Source: Bdellovibrionales bacterium
GTDB lineage: Bacteria; Bdellovibrionota; Bdellovibrionia; Bdellovibrionales; UBA1609
Assembly: GCA_965261545.1 (NCBI GenBank)
Contig: CBDHDF010000007.1
Span: 64,001 to 128,000, forward strand
DNA: 64,000 nucleotides
Reading direction: 5' to 3'
This document shows positions 62,501 through 64,000 of the stretch, in pieces. Within the stretch, counting starts at the first letter, position 1. Every line of letters begins with the position of its first letter. The notes under the pieces were generated by a model. That model made no database searches, was not told where the DNA came from, and saw nothing but the letters and a program-made list of their open reading frames with translations. The translations under genes were made by a program, and so were the position numbers.

Positions 62501-64000
62501 TATGAATCTCCGGGGTAGTTTGGACGCACGAATCCACTATCCGTTCTTCGAATTTTTTCAAATGTCCGAGTTTTTAAATCATCCTACATTACATGAAATC
62601 ATACTTTTTTAACGCTCTAATCCACCTTGGTGCATTTTTTTTCACCATGAGCTTTTCATAGTCAATTCCAGGGTCTTTGTAGGGGGTGTCATTACTTATG
62701 ACTGAATAAACAACTCCCATCATTTTGTGACCAACGGCAATCACTGATCTCTTGTGCCCACGCCTTATAACAAGTGATTGGTATTTGCCTTTGAATTGTG
62801 AATTCGTCTTAATAGCACTATTGGCCATCTCACATACCAACGATTTCACATATGTGTTCGCTTTCCTCGTTCGTGAAGACTTTTTTTCCTGCGCTCTCAT
62901 TATTGGATGGGCAAATCCCCATCCAGGAGCAAAAATTTCCTTTATTTTTAAAAGACTTCACATTGCCTCCTATTTCTGCAATCAAAAGCGCTGCACTTAA
63001 TTCGTCAATTCCAGGTATAGTCTGGAGTAGATGCCACTGCCTTTCATAGGGTTTCATACGAATGAAAAGTTCTTCTTCAATTTGAGAGCATTCTTTTTTC
63101 AAAAAATCTATTCGATCAAGAATGCGTTGAAGAACAAAACGATTTTCTTCCGTCATCTTTCCCGACAGGGCGTAAGAAAATTCTTCGGTCTTTTGACGTA
63201 AAGACCCTCTGGCAAGAGACATCAATTTAGAAACTGATCTCTCTCCATTAGCTATGGCACGAATCATGGCCATACCAGATACGCAGTCAGCTTTAGACAT
63301 TGCATAGGTTAAACGAATGCCTGAATATTCAAGAACCTTATACATACGATTTTGTTCCGAAGATATTTGGCGGATCGTTTTTGTACGATAACGAGCCAAA
63401 AGTCTAATAGAACGAATCTCACGTGGAGGAATGAAGCTAGCTCTTAGAAGACCACAAGCACCAAGCTCTGCAATCCACTGGCTATCCAACACGTCAGTTT
63501 TTTTACCAGTAATATTTTTGACATGAAAGGCATTGATAACATCTACTTCATAACCTTTTTCTGTCAAATCATCGTATAAAGAATTCCAATAAATCCCTGT
63601 GCTCTCAAAAAGAACTCTCTCAACCTTATGTGGCTTCATCCAAGAGCGCATTCTAGGAAAATTTTTTGGAAAATTCTTGAACTCTTTTGTGAAAAACTTC
63701 TTCTTACCGTCTTCCACTTTGACAATCGTACACATCAACATATGTTGATGAACATCTATTCCACAAACAGAACTATAAATAATATCCACATGACTCCTCC
63801 TTTCTGTTAGAAAAAAAGAAGGTGATAAAACTAGAGCCTTGGGATTTTGCCATAAATTCTAAAGCGAAAATAGGTCAACTTACTATACGTCCATACACTC
63901 AGAGTGCAGGTACATGCGTGGGTTCGATCCAAAGCTCAAGACCATGTTACTTCACGGAATTAAAATTACCAATCTATTCAACGGCCACTCATCTTATCAC
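62501..64000 (-). mobile_element. IS110 array copy 4 (frameshifted; runs off window)
   Basis: As copy 1, directly head-to-tail with copy 3. Confidence 0.92.

Noticed and set aside
57217..64000. IS110 array as a pure assembly artefact
   Set aside because: The junctions differ (22-bp and 156-bp stubs with sequence-specific joints), which simple mis-expansion would not readily create; still needs read confirmation.

Overview
Bacterial chromosomal window, probably from a Bdellovibrionota/deltaproteobacteria-like organism (inferred from gene content only). Housekeeping block 1 (1-11850) holds rpsB-tsf-pyrH-frr-uppS-cdsA-rseP-tsaB-rluD. Block 2 (25922-44100) holds an M16 protease, hemW, grpE, an LpoA-like lipoprotein, an MFS transporter, mltG and astCAD. 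Two nested insertion-sequence islands (11866-25840 and 44451-64000, about half the window) contain IS256, two IS4-type elements, IS1634, ISNCY, IS21, IS66, IS110 and two MITEs. The main observation is an IS110 element joined through the GTAAC of both terminal inverted repeats (TIRs) of an IS66 element and stacked there in head-to-tail arrays. Its non-coding left end holds a candidate bridge RNA (52569-52755) whose loop segments match the reconstructed IS66-TIR target and the element's own end junction, and its left end resembles the IS66 TIR. Split target-site duplications (TSDs) also indicate a ~34 kb Tn10-style deletion-inversion (17521-51841). The IS1634 copies have 275-bp and 145-bp duplications. 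No rRNA, tRNA or CRISPR array was seen. All calls come from reading the sequence by eye; no searches or folding were run.
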